Part shown: one piece after another, positions 20,068-29,271 of the stretch | How the letters are laid out: every line of letters starts with the position of its first letter | Numbering within the stretch: the first letter of the stretch is position 1 | Assembly (NCBI GenBank): GCA_964460785.1 | Contig: CAYWQB010000004.1 | Location: 169,817 to 233,816, forward strand | Length of the DNA stretch: 64,000 nucleotides | From: an uncultured bacterium | GTDB lineage: Bacteria > Chlamydiota > Chlamydiia > Chlamydiales > CAYWQB01 | Direction: 5' to 3' | Position numbers and translations under genes: made by a program | The notes under the pieces: model-generated | Told to the model about the DNA's origin: nothing | The model's database searches: none | Seen by the model: only the letters and a program-made list of their open reading frames with translations

Positions 20068-20505
20068 TTATTGCAAGTCAGTAATAAGTAGATAACTGTG
20101 TGCCCAAGTTAATAGAGATGTTATTAAAAAAATAACTGAAATTATTACAGAGTATAAGATGAAGTTAAATATTACTTTGCTTTTTTCTAAGCTGTGCCTA
20201 AAAAAATGGATGAGGTGAGTCATTATTATGGAAGGCAGAACGAATGAGAGAATCCACAAAGACCTTGCTATAGGGTGACTTTCTGATATGTATAGCGTAG
20301 AGATTCCTCCCATAATAGAAAGAGTAACTAAAAATATCTGTGGATATAGGACAAGTTTTAGATAATTTTTATTGATCTTTCCTTTTTTGATTACGTACCT
20401 AACTTTTTCTATTACATAGAATAATATTAAAGCAGAGACTCCAATGTAGATAAATCTATAAAAGTTATGATGGATTAGATATTGGCTAACGAATGTTGAG
20501 CTCAT
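20068..20505 (-). CDS. Hypothetical membrane protein (about 4 TM)
   Basis: 145-aa ORF with four hydrophobic stretches, GAGGGG Shine-Dalgarno, 11 nt upstream of the MFS gene. Confidence 0.6.
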   Translation of the reverse strand: MSSTFVSQYLIHHNFYRFIYIGVSALILFYVIEKVRYVIKKGKINKNYLKLVLYPQIFLVTLSIMGGISTLYISESHPIARSLWILSFVLPSIIMTHLIHFFRHSLEKSKVIFNFILYSVIISVIFLITSLLTWAHSYLLITDLQ

Positions 20506-20617
20506 AGGCCCCTCTGCAGTGCTTTTTTAGATAAAGCTCAACCAACCAGAAGTGAAGGATCACATATTTTGAATGTTTTATAATAGAATATTTTTTAATG
20601 CCACTGAATCTAGAGCA

Positions 20618-21526
20618 TTAAGTATCTATATTTTCTCTTCTTAAGCCGCAAAGAGTGAAAAAATCAATGGATTTTAAGCTTTTATCTCCTCTTTGACCAT
20701 TGTATGGTCTCTTTGAGAGATTTTTATCATATGGAAAAGACAAAAATTGGATATCTAATAAAAGGCTGTCAATGCCCAAGCGCTTGGCAATAAAGTTTAC
20801 AATAGAGCTTAAGTCTTTTTGAAAAGATCCATTTTGGGTTGAGTAGTACTTATACTCATCTTCTGGTAGTACGAATTGAATATGCTTTTTCTTGCTCAGC
20901 TGGCTTTTGTCAGACTCTAAAAGGTGTTTCAATATTTTTTTTACAATGAAGCAACCTTCGATGTACTGCAGAGCTGAGTAAAATAACCCAGAGTCATGAT
21001 CTTGAAAGAAACTGAGAATAGAGCTATCTCCAGGAAAGATGGAGCCTATTGATATACCTGTTTCTGTAGCATTTTTGTTATGATTGACTTCTAGTATAGA
21101 GCAAACTGAAGAGCGAAGGTTGGTTGCAATTGGCTTTTCAGGGAACTCATAAATGGATCTTAAAATTTCAGATGATTTTATGACTTTGAAATAGTTGGAT
21201 TGTAAGCTCTCTATTTTATCAGCTATTACACTGCTTTTGCTGATCGATCCATTGGCGCTTTTTATGCCAAACCATGCTGTTAAGTCAGTCAGCCAAAAGA
21301 TGGTTTTTTCAGTCTCCTTCATAAGAAGGGGTTGAATGATTTCCTCTCGATAAAAATCGACACATGTTTTTTTTAGGCCATAAGATCCAACAAACCATAG
21401 AATGATATTACGCTCACCATAAGAGAGTAAATTTTCTACCAGCATTTCAGTAGATTGAAACCTTTGAAAGCTGACTTTAGTGGTTTGGTTTTCTGGATTA
21501 TAGTTTGTCAATTGAAATATCCGCAA
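20618..21526 (-). CDS. Hypothetical soluble alpha/beta protein, possible enzyme (start uncertain)
   Basis: 302-aa ORF with motif-like blocks LWFVGSYG, LTDLTAW, YSALQYIEG, FVLPEDEYKYY, RPYN. Confidence 0.65.
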   Translation of the reverse strand: MRIFQLTNYNPENQTTKVSFQRFQSTEMLVENLLSYGERNIILWFVGSYGLKKTCVDFYREEIIQPLLMKETEKTIFWLTDLTAWFGIKSANGSISKSSVIADKIESLQSNYFKVIKSSEILRSIYEFPEKPIATNLRSSVCSILEVNHNKNATETGISIGSIFPGDSSILSFFQDHDSGLFYSALQYIEGCFIVKKILKHLLESDKSQLSKKKHIQFVLPEDEYKYYSTQNGSFQKDLSSIVNFIAKRLGIDSLLLDIQFLSFPYDKNLSKRPYNGQRGDKSLKSIDFFTLCGLRRENIDT

Positions 21527-21722
21527 AAAAAACTATTTTATACAATTATACATTATAGTGTATTTGAATGACATTAAGTTTGTTTGTAAAATATAACTTA
21601 TTATTAATAGCAGAGTTGTAGTCTTGAGAAATTAACTACATATCTTCCATATAGCTATACCTTGAGATTTTCTAATAAAGGGAAAGAGCCTTCCCCTTTA
21701 CAAATGCCTACTAGCTAAAGCC

Positions 21723-23006
21723 CTAAATAGTCACCTTAAACTGCACCCCAGCAACTAGAGCACTAGATATGGAACTGAGCCCTCTTGGATTGATGATGTA
21801 GATCAACCCAGGCTGAATACGCAACCATTTAGCAAAGGGGTAGCTGTAGTTGAACTCGATGTCTAGCTCTTGCTTTTGTTGCTCAAGGTTGTTGAGCTTT
21901 TGATACTCCTTGAGCTTCGAACTATAAGACCCATAAGCAATGCCTAATGACATCTTGTCGGCTTTTTTTGGGAAAAAACACCCTTTTTGAATGAGGCCTG
22001 CAGCTAAGAAAAAAGGCATAAGGTTACGATCTGTAGGGAAGAGTTCAAATGCAGCATAACCATCAAGTCGCTTGAGGTCACTTTGCTGGGCAAATTGCTG
22101 CTCTAGCTGAATATAGAGGCACTGGTTGCCTCTTTTAGGTTCTTTTGTGAGCTGGTTCACTTGGTCTTTACCCGTTACAAACACTACACCTAGAGCATAG
22201 CGGCCGGGCAGGTCGTTGAGGCCATTTTTCTTTTTATAGGCAATTTCAACAGCTCCTAGAGCTCCATTATCTGAATGAAAAGAAAAATCTACCCCATGCT
22301 CTTTGTTTTCAGAGGCTTTTTTATTGGTGTTATAGACTCCAAGTTTTGCCTCAAAGTTTTCATGAGTTTCAAGCTGTAGGAAGGCTCCCCATTGTGCATT
22401 AGGGTAAGCAGAGAAGGGCATATTGAAGAAAATTCCGATGGGGTTTCCATCAAACGCATTGCTGATATAGTTATAAAAAAGAGGGGATTGGAGGAGGTGG
22501 TCTCCTGCATTGATTTTTCCTATTTGAAAAAAGGATTTTTTATCCCAAAAGTGGTGCATGAAGTAGAGGGAGTCTAGGCGAAAATTTTGTCCTCCGTAGT
22601 TTTGCTGCACTGGGAACTGGTTACCAATATATTTGGCAGAGAGGCTATCTCCCATTCTTTGGACAAGGTTAAAGTAGAGAGATGATCTTTTTATCTGAGC
22701 AAAGCGCTCAAGGTCGATAGAGAAGTTTACGCCTAGGGATCCAGAGAAGGCTGTGCCTCGTTTTTCTCCCCCTGTCATGCTACTGACAAGGATGCCATCG
22801 AAGCTTGCAGAGACATCAAACCCTTTTTCTTTGGCTTTTTCAGCTAGGTTTCCCCAAGGTTCGATCATGTGCTTGCGGTTTTCATCTATCTTTGGAGCTT
22901 CATTGATAGCAACCACTTCAGAGAGGTCTTCATAAGATGCTGTAGCTGTAAGAGGCGCATTTGCACAGGTGATTGCTAGAAGAGAGGAAAAAAGAAGCTG
23001 TTTCAT
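21723..23006 (-). CDS. oprB: Carbohydrate-selective porin, OprB family
   Basis: Signal peptide, G.SLS..YIGN.F.VQQ.YGGQ, SAYP.A.WG, IQPGL.YIINP.G, terminal beta strand. Confidence 0.88.
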   Translation of the reverse strand: MKQLLFSSLLAITCANAPLTATASYEDLSEVVAINEAPKIDENRKHMIEPWGNLAEKAKEKGFDVSASFDGILVSSMTGGEKRGTAFSGSLGVNFSIDLERFAQIKRSSLYFNLVQRMGDSLSAKYIGNQFPVQQNYGGQNFRLDSLYFMHHFWDKKSFFQIGKINAGDHLLQSPLFYNYISNAFDGNPIGIFFNMPFSAYPNAQWGAFLQLETHENFEAKLGVYNTNKKASENKEHGVDFSFHSDNGALGAVEIAYKKKNGLNDLPGRYALGVVFVTGKDQVNQLTKEPKRGNQCLYIQLEQQFAQQSDLKRLDGYAAFELFPTDRNLMPFFLAAGLIQKGCFFPKKADKMSLGIAYGSYSSKLKEYQKLNNLEQQKQELDIEFNYSYPFAKWLRIQPGLIYIINPRGLSSISSALVAGVQFKVTI

Positions 23007-23089
23007 AACTGATTCCTATTTCAGACAAATGAAAGCTTCTTTTCATACTTTAGCTTTGTAGAAAGTGCAAAAGAAATTTACACAAAGGG

Positions 23090-23116
23090 GTAGGTGCAGA
23101 AGAACTCTGCACCTAC
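23090..23116 (-). terminator. Putative terminator hairpin
   Basis: 11-bp stem GTAGGTGCAGA-N5-TCTGCACCTAC just after the stop of 23130-23588. Confidence 0.6.
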
Positions 23117-23129
23117 GAAGGGGAGGGGA

Positions 23130-23588
23130 TTAACTTTTGTTCGATACGAATTCGATAAGCTTTCCAGCTAGAGCATGGGCACTTGTGGCTTGGAATCCGT
23201 GCTCTTTTGTAGAAAGCACGAAGTCATTGAATAGCTTTTCTGTCTTTTGAGCTTCAGTATTTCCATTTTTTGCAGATTTTTGGAGAAGAAGCAGTGTCTC
23301 AAGAGAGAAAACCTTTTTAGGATTAGAGGAGACAACACCAAGGGGTTTTTTAGAAGGCGCTGGCTGGCTAGCTAGTTTGTCTTCTACTTGCTTAATTTCT
23401 TGCTTGAAGGAAGCTGAGCTTGAGTTTTGTACTTCTTTACCAAGTTTTTGCATGAGAGTCTTTGCAAGAGCTTGCTGTTTGAAACAGTCCGGATAAATTG
23501 CTGGACAAACTTCTTTTTCTGTTAATCCTGCCTCTGCATAAGAGATAGCAGCTTCTTGAATAGAAGAGGAAGTATTGAAATGTACCAT
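23130..23588 (-). CDS. Hypothetical protein (Ser-rich N-terminus, candidate effector)
   Basis: 152-aa ORF with AGGAG Shine-Dalgarno and its own terminator. Confidence 0.65.
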   Translation of the reverse strand: MVHFNTSSSIQEAAISYAEAGLTEKEVCPAIYPDCFKQQALAKTLMQKLGKEVQNSSSASFKQEIKQVEDKLASQPAPSKKPLGVVSSNPKKVFSLETLLLLQKSAKNGNTEAQKTEKLFNDFVLSTKEHGFQATSAHALAGKLIEFVSNKS

Positions 23589-23784
23589 GGAAAGACTCCT
23601 TTTTTATGACCTCGGCGATTATTGAATCTTTATTATATCTTAATAATTAATAAAAGGCAAGGCATGATCTCGTTTTCTGTCTGAAGGAGCATCAGATGCA
23701 CTGGATAGAACATTGGTCTGCAGTAGGGCGACCAAGGGTTAAAGAAGTGAAAATATACTGAGCCCAGAGCGATCTGCTCAGAGT

Positions 23785-24651
23785 TTAGTCAAATAGCTTG
23801 CGCTTCATATGGCAGTAGGGGGCCTTTTTATGCTTTTGATAGTAGTTTTGATGCCCCTCTTCTGCAGGCCAAAAAGGACTTACTTGGCGAAGAGTTGTAG
23901 CTACCTCATACCCTTGTTTTTGAAGCTCTTGGATAAGCTTTTGGGCAGCAGCTTGTTGTTTTGCTGTATAGGTGAAGATAGCACTTTGATACTGCTCTCC
24001 AATATCAGGTCCTTGGCCATCTTTTTGAGTGAAATCATGGATCTCAAAAAAGGCTTTTAAAACGTTTAGAGTCGAAGTTTGAGCAGGATCAAAAATCACA
24101 CGTACCGCTTCTAGATGACCTGTTTTCCCTGTGCAAACTTCGCGGTAGGTGGGAGATAGGGCCTTTCCTCCGATATAGCCACACTCTGTGAGAGCGATTC
24201 CTTTTTCTTTTTGCAAAAGAGCTTCTACACCCCAAAAACAGCCAGCTGCTAAAATGATCTCTTCACTATCCTGTAAGATTTGTTCAGGGCAAAAGTCTAG
24301 AGACGTCGCATTGACACAGTAGCGTTGATTTTTTTTGGTGAAGCCTTCCCCTCGAAAAACATGCCCAAGGTGCCCTTTGCACCGAGTACAGACAATCTCT
24401 GTACGACGACCATCAGGATCAGGAAGCTCAAGCACATGATCTTGGAGTGCATCATCAAAGCTGGGCCAGCCGCAGCCAGATGAAAAATAAGCACTTTCTT
24501 GAAAGAGCCCAAGGCCACAAAGTCTACATAAATAGGTACCAACTTTAGCTGAAATTTTATCAGACGATGAGAAGGGAGGGTCCGTCTTTTTCTCTATAAG
24601 AATCGCATACTGATAGGGAGTCAGGCTACTTTCTTTAATGATTAGATTCAT
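23785..24651 (-). CDS. msrAB: Bifunctional methionine sulfoxide reductase, MsrB-MsrA fusion
   Basis: MsrB: CxxC, SGCGWPSF, GHLGHVF, RYCVN. MsrA: AGCFWG, TGHLE, GQGPDIGEQY, AEE.HQNY. Start placed at the ATG at 24651. Confidence 0.93.
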   Translation of the reverse strand: MNLIIKESSLTPYQYAILIEKKTDPPFSSSDKISAKVGTYLCRLCGLGLFQESAYFSSGCGWPSFDDALQDHVLELPDPDGRRTEIVCTRCKGHLGHVFRGEGFTKKNQRYCVNATSLDFCPEQILQDSEEIILAAGCFWGVEALLQKEKGIALTECGYIGGKALSPTYREVCTGKTGHLEAVRVIFDPAQTSTLNVLKAFFEIHDFTQKDGQGPDIGEQYQSAIFTYTAKQQAAAQKLIQELQKQGYEVATTLRQVSPFWPAEEGHQNYYQKHKKAPYCHMKRKLFD

Positions 24652-25348
24652 TTTGAGCCGGGAGAACAATCGGAAGATGAAGAGCTTGTTGCTGCAGTAT
24701 GGTCAAGAATTGAATAAATAATGGACGCTTTATAAAAATTCTTTGTTGGGCTCTCTGGATCACTTGGTCTGATATGCTACCTGAAAATGTACTTTGAGCA
24801 ATTGTACGTAGGTTATGTACTGTTGGCAAAATGTTTTTTTGATTTTTTAGGATGGAAATCGCTTCTTCTGATTCGGCAGACATAGATTGCTGGTCAGGCA
24901 AAGCCTGCGGGAGGACTTGCTGGTGTGCTTCAAAGAGGTTAGCAATGCAATACGCAGTTCTCTCAAGAGTTAAGTTATTTCTTTGCAGTTCATAACTTCT
25001 TTGCGCTTCATCAGCTGTTATTGTTGTTACGTTTGTAGCACTTTGAATCGCTTTAAACGCTTCATCGTATGAAATAGGAAAAGGAAGGTTCTGCTGTGCA
25101 TAAATATATTTGTGTATAAGACCTATGGCTAGATCTGATTCCTCATTGGATAGTTGTCGAACACCTAATTGCTGAGCCTTTTCTTGTATGCTCGATGTAG
25201 TTGGATACTCTTCAATATTGTTAATAAGGCTCTCTAGGGCTTTTGCAGCTACCATATATGCTGTAGCTTTAGGAAAAGTAGGGGTTTTATATAGGACATA
25301 GAGAGGGGAAGAAGAGTGGCGAGCGCCTTGTGTTACAGTCGTAGACAT
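24635..25348 (-). CDS. Hypothetical helical protein (candidate effector)
   Basis: 237-aa ORF with Ser/Thr-rich N-terminus and no recognisable family. Confidence 0.6.
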   Translation of the reverse strand: MSTTVTQGARHSSSPLYVLYKTPTFPKATAYMVAAKALESLINNIEEYPTTSSIQEKAQQLGVRQLSNEESDLAIGLIHKYIYAQQNLPFPISYDEAFKAIQSATNVTTITADEAQRSYELQRNNLTLERTAYCIANLFEAHQQVLPQALPDQQSMSAESEEAISILKNQKNILPTVHNLRTIAQSTFSGSISDQVIQRAQQRIFIKRPLFIQFLTILQQQALHLPIVLPAQNESNH

Positions 25349-25497
25349 CTGTTCTAATAAAATGTAGGTGATTGAAGTCGAAGTATCTTAATCGTTTTTT
25401 CTAAAAACTACAAACTTCTTTTTATATGCTTTATAAAATGTCCATTTGCTAAAATTAGGAACCAGAGGGGGCTCATAGTGATATTGGTGTAAATTTT

Positions 25498-26931
25498 ATG
25501 GATAATCAATCTAAGCGTGTAGCGGTCATTGGTGCTGGATTAGCAGGCCTTCAAGCAGCTCGTAGCCTGATGCAAGCAGGTTGGGACGTTGAAGTATTCG
25601 AAGCACAGGATCGCATGGGAGGGCGTGTACACTCTCATAAAACACCGCTAAATGGCTGGCTCGAGATCGGGGGCAATTGGTTGCATTGTAATCACCCCAA
25701 GCACCCTCTTCGTGAGTTATTAGAAGAGTCTGGGAAATGTGCAGATGCCTACCTTGTTCCCTCAAATGAACAGATGATGTTTGAAAGAGGAACTATCCAT
25801 ATTGATGGGGAGGCAAAAGAGACATTTAATAGCCCAGAGGGGGTTGCAAGCCATATTCTTTTCGCTGCATATAATCGCATTTTCCGGAAAATGGAATACT
25901 TCTGTGAAGAACCGGTTCCTAGTATTGAGCAGCTTATTGACCAAGTGATAGAACAGCTTCATTACCATTGGTTTGGGAAGGAACAGGCCTTAGAAAGAGT
26001 AAAAGGGATTTTAACTTTACTACTGACAGATGGAGCAGCTCTTAGCCGTATTCCTGCCTATCATGTGCGCTATGATAAAATAGATCCTAAGCTTTCTTGG
26101 ATAGATAGCCATTACGAAGGCTCCCTTGGCTTGGGAGAAGAAGAAGATGACTTATTCATTCGGGGAGGTGCTGAAAGGATGCTTGTGCCTTTCCAAGAGG
26201 ATGTGCCAGTGCATTTGCAATCTCCTGTTTATGAAGTGATTCATGAAGCTCATGGGGTGAAGCTGCGCTATGGGCACAAAGGAAAAGAGCATATGTGGCA
26301 AGGAGAGGGAGTGATTTGTACAGTTCCTTTAGGGGCTTTGCAGAAAAAAGAGGTGATGTTCACCCCTTCACTTTCTAGGGACAAGTTACAGGCTATAGAG
26401 GCTCTTGAAATGAAAAATCATCGAAAGCTTTTGTTGACCTTTGAGCCAGATGCCTTCACTTCTGCAGGCCTTCAAGCAGAAAACCTTATTTTCTTTGAGG
26501 AAGAAGAGATGTTCCTCTTTCTCAATGTCAATGAAATTGCCAAAAATAATTCTTTAGAGCCCTCATTGATTTTATGGGTTCCTGGTGATCAAGCACACCG
26601 ATTTGACCGTCTTTACCCTAAAGGAAGTCGAGAGCTTAAAGAGCGGATGTTGACGCTTTTGGGGAAATATTATCCGATGTTGAATGAGCAAACCCTAGTA
26701 GATTACGTAGATAAGCCGTGGGGACAAGATCCCTATACACATGGTAGCTATTCATATGTTCCAGATGCATATGGGTACCACCATATGTATGAGTTTATCC
26801 GTCCTGAATATGGAAACAGGCTTTTCTTTGCTGGAGAGCATACAAGCCCAAGACACGAAGCGACCATGCATGGGGCTCTTCTTTCTGGAAAACGAGCAGC
26901 GTTTCAGTTAATGAAATCTTTATATAATTAA
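25498..26931 (+). CDS. Flavin monoamine/polyamine oxidase family protein (copy 1)
   Basis: VIGAGLAGL, EA.DR.GGRV, TVPLG.L, W..DPY..GSYS, LFFAGEHT, TMHGALLSG.RAA. Confidence 0.92.
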   Translation: MDNQSKRVAVIGAGLAGLQAARSLMQAGWDVEVFEAQDRMGGRVHSHKTPLNGWLEIGGNWLHCNHPKHPLRELLEESGKCADAYLVPSNEQMMFERGTIHIDGEAKETFNSPEGVASHILFAAYNRIFRKMEYFCEEPVPSIEQLIDQVIEQLHYHWFGKEQALERVKGILTLLLTDGAALSRIPAYHVRYDKIDPKLSWIDSHYEGSLGLGEEEDDLFIRGGAERMLVPFQEDVPVHLQSPVYEVIHEAHGVKLRYGHKGKEHMWQGEGVICTVPLGALQKKEVMFTPSLSRDKLQAIEALEMKNHRKLLLTFEPDAFTSAGLQAENLIFFEEEEMFLFLNVNEIAKNNSLEPSLILWVPGDQAHRFDRLYPKGSRELKERMLTLLGKYYPMLNEQTLVDYVDKPWGQDPYTHGSYSYVPDAYGYHHMYEFIRPEYGNRLFFAGEHTSPRHEATMHGALLSGKRAAFQLMKSLYN

Positions 26932-26960
26932 TTGCTTATTATTAAAATTTGTGTTAAAAT
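26932..26960 (+). promoter_or_regulatory. Sigma70-type promoter with extended -10
   Basis: TTGCTT-N17-TAAAAT with a TG extension, overlapping a tandem 12-mer TTAAAATTTGTG x2. Confidence 0.5.
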
Positions 26961-26991
26961 TTGTGTTTAACATGTGAGTAATAAGCAATTT

Positions 26992-28413
26992 ATGACGTCT
27001 AAAAGTATTTTAGTGATAGGGGGAGGCCTTGCCGGACTGCAAGCGGCTTCTAGCCTAACAAAGCAAGGGTATGACGTAGAGCTACTAGAAGCAAAAGGGC
27101 GATTAGGTGGACGCGTATGGACACATACCACACCTTCGAGCCAGGCTGTAGAGATTGGAGGTAATTGGATCCATAATGATGCCTCAAATCATCCGGTGCG
27201 TAAACTCTTAGAAAAAGTGCATGGCTCCGCAGTAGAGTCGTTTTTGACCCCTTCGAATGAAGAGGGGTATGTGCGCTCTAGTCGGGTACATAAAGAGGGA
27301 AGCCACTCTCACTCCTTTTATACAAAGGAAGGGTGGGTTGGATTTCTTGCTTATACCACCTACTATAAACTTATAGAGAAAGGTGAAGAGGAAGGGTCCC
27401 AACCTTTATCAATAGATGAGACAATTGATGAAGCATTAACCTCTTACAAAATGGACTGGTGGGCCAGCCAAGAAACACGCGAGCAAGTGAAGAGCATTTT
27501 AACTTTAATGCTTTCAGATGGAGCTCCAGCCAAAGAGAGTCCCGCCTATTATAGAAGTGGTGGTATCGATCATGACTTATATTTTTTAGATCGAGACTCC
27601 GGAGCAGGTAGAGGCCTGGGTCCTGACGATCATGACTTTTTTGTTAGCGGTGGAGTCGATAAAATCCTTACCCCTTTGAAAGAGGGGGTTAAGTACACGC
27701 TTAATGCTCAAGTCTTGCAGGTCGCTCACAAAGGTTCAGGCATGCATGTAACTTATCAAGTTAACGGAGAGGAAAAAGAGTGGCATGGAGACCGCGTGGT
27801 TTGTACATTGCCTCTAGGAGTTCTCCAAAAGGGCTCGGTAACCTTTCAGCCTCCTCTTTCACAGGCTAAGCAAGCAGCCATTCAATCTCTTAAGATGAAA
27901 AATCACCGTAAGTTGATTTTCACTTTTGACCAAAAGGCATTTCAGGCTGCAGGGATTCAAGAGTCCTCTCTCGCTTTTTTTGATCAGAAGCCAGCTCGTT
28001 TAGTTTTAAATGTTGATCAGATATCAAAGTCATCTGGGAAAAGCCCAAGTTTGATTGTCTGGTTATCAGGCGATCAAGCCAATCAAATGGATCTGCAGCA
28101 TCCAGAAGGAAGTATTGCGTTAAAGGAAGAGATGCTGGCAATGATTCAGAAGTATTATCCTACATTAAATGCTGAGTCTCTAGTTGACTATGTAGATAAG
28201 CCGTGGGGACAAGATCCCTATACACACGGTAGCTATTCATATGTTCCAGATGCAGGCGGTTACCGCCATATGTATGAAATGTTTCGTCCTGAGTATAAAA
28301 ATAAGCTTTTCTTTGCTGGAGAGCATACTAGTCCCGTACATGAAGCAACCATGCATGGAGCCCTTTTATCTGGTGAGCGCGCAGTTTTTCAGGTTAATCA
28401 ATCTTACAGATGA
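26992..28413 (+). CDS. Flavin monoamine/polyamine oxidase family protein (copy 2)
   Basis: Same motifs as copy 1. Start is ATG 26992 or GTG 26974. Confidence 0.92.
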   Translation: MTSKSILVIGGGLAGLQAASSLTKQGYDVELLEAKGRLGGRVWTHTTPSSQAVEIGGNWIHNDASNHPVRKLLEKVHGSAVESFLTPSNEEGYVRSSRVHKEGSHSHSFYTKEGWVGFLAYTTYYKLIEKGEEEGSQPLSIDETIDEALTSYKMDWWASQETREQVKSILTLMLSDGAPAKESPAYYRSGGIDHDLYFLDRDSGAGRGLGPDDHDFFVSGGVDKILTPLKEGVKYTLNAQVLQVAHKGSGMHVTYQVNGEEKEWHGDRVVCTLPLGVLQKGSVTFQPPLSQAKQAAIQSLKMKNHRKLIFTFDQKAFQAAGIQESSLAFFDQKPARLVLNVDQISKSSGKSPSLIVWLSGDQANQMDLQHPEGSIALKEEMLAMIQKYYPTLNAESLVDYVDKPWGQDPYTHGSYSYVPDAGGYRHMYEMFRPEYKNKLFFAGEHTSPVHEATMHGALLSGERAVFQVNQSYR

Positions 28414-28425
28414 GGCTGTAGTAAG

Positions 28426-29217
28426 CTAGCCCTGTACTGAGTAGCTTTTTGCATACCTACTTTTAGGTCTATGCACCCTCTGGTTATATAAGTGGAGGGG
28501 ACTCGCATTTTCTCTTGCTTGATACCCCTCTTGTAACGCCATCCAGCAGCTGTGGTTGAAATTTAAGTGTGGGTAGCGCTTTTTAAACTTGAGAAGAGAG
28601 CGGTGAAGTCGCTTTAAGTTTGCTTTCTGCCAAGAAGCATGGGGAGCTTTGACACAGCTTTGGTCAAAATCAATGAGGAAAAACTTTTCCCCTTGGATAA
28701 GAATATTTTTTGCATTTAAGTCCGCATGGAAAACCCCTTTTTTATGAAAAGAGTAAAGGGTTTGCCCAAGCTGCTTCCAGGCATTAAGGGGCAGTAGAGC
28801 ATCAGCTAAGTACTTTGCAAGAGGTTTTGCATCTGGAATATGTTGAGTGATTAAGTCGGCTTGATAGCAAAGGCCTCGACGTTTGATCCGAGCTGCTATA
28901 GGGTAGGGAACAGGAAGACCCCATGCATGTAGTTTTGATAATAAGTTAAATTCTTTTAATGACCGGGTGGCAGCAAATCCCATAAAGAGATAGCGGTCTG
29001 TACTGATTTTTGCTACGGCTCCCCCTCTGTAGTAGTGTTTTAATACCCAAGACTCATGGCCGTGATTAACAACCCAGCATGTACTTCTTCCATAATATGT
29101 TTTTTCAACCAAGCCTTTAGATTGCCAGTAATGAGAAGAAAACCAGTAGTCTTCAACCTGTTTCTTTTTGCTGCACAATAACGTGTGGCGATCAGGCCTT
29201 TTTGTACGAGCTAGCAT
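28426..29217 (-). CDS. kdkA: 3-deoxy-D-manno-octulosonic acid (Kdo) kinase
   Basis: GR.T.W, VLKHYYRGG, DRYLF.G...TRS..EF.LL, LPVP.PIAA, HADLNAKNIL, LIDFD, W..ANL.RL.RS. Confidence 0.88.
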   Translation of the reverse strand: MLARTKRPDRHTLLCSKKKQVEDYWFSSHYWQSKGLVEKTYYGRSTCWVVNHGHESWVLKHYYRGGAVAKISTDRYLFMGFAATRSLKEFNLLSKLHAWGLPVPYPIAARIKRRGLCYQADLITQHIPDAKPLAKYLADALLPLNAWKQLGQTLYSFHKKGVFHADLNAKNILIQGEKFFLIDFDQSCVKAPHASWQKANLKRLHRSLLKFKKRYPHLNFNHSCWMALQEGYQARENASPLHLYNQRVHRPKSRYAKSYSVQG

Positions 29218-29271
29218 TTTTTACCTCCAGAACTTGAGAAGAAAAAGCAAGGGCTCTTAAACTGTTGCGCC

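Noticed and set aside
23600-23784. Slightly GC-richer intergenic stretch as a possible ncRNA or riboswitch
   Set aside because: I found no convincing stem set or known family motif by eye. An Rfam/Infernal scan would be needed.
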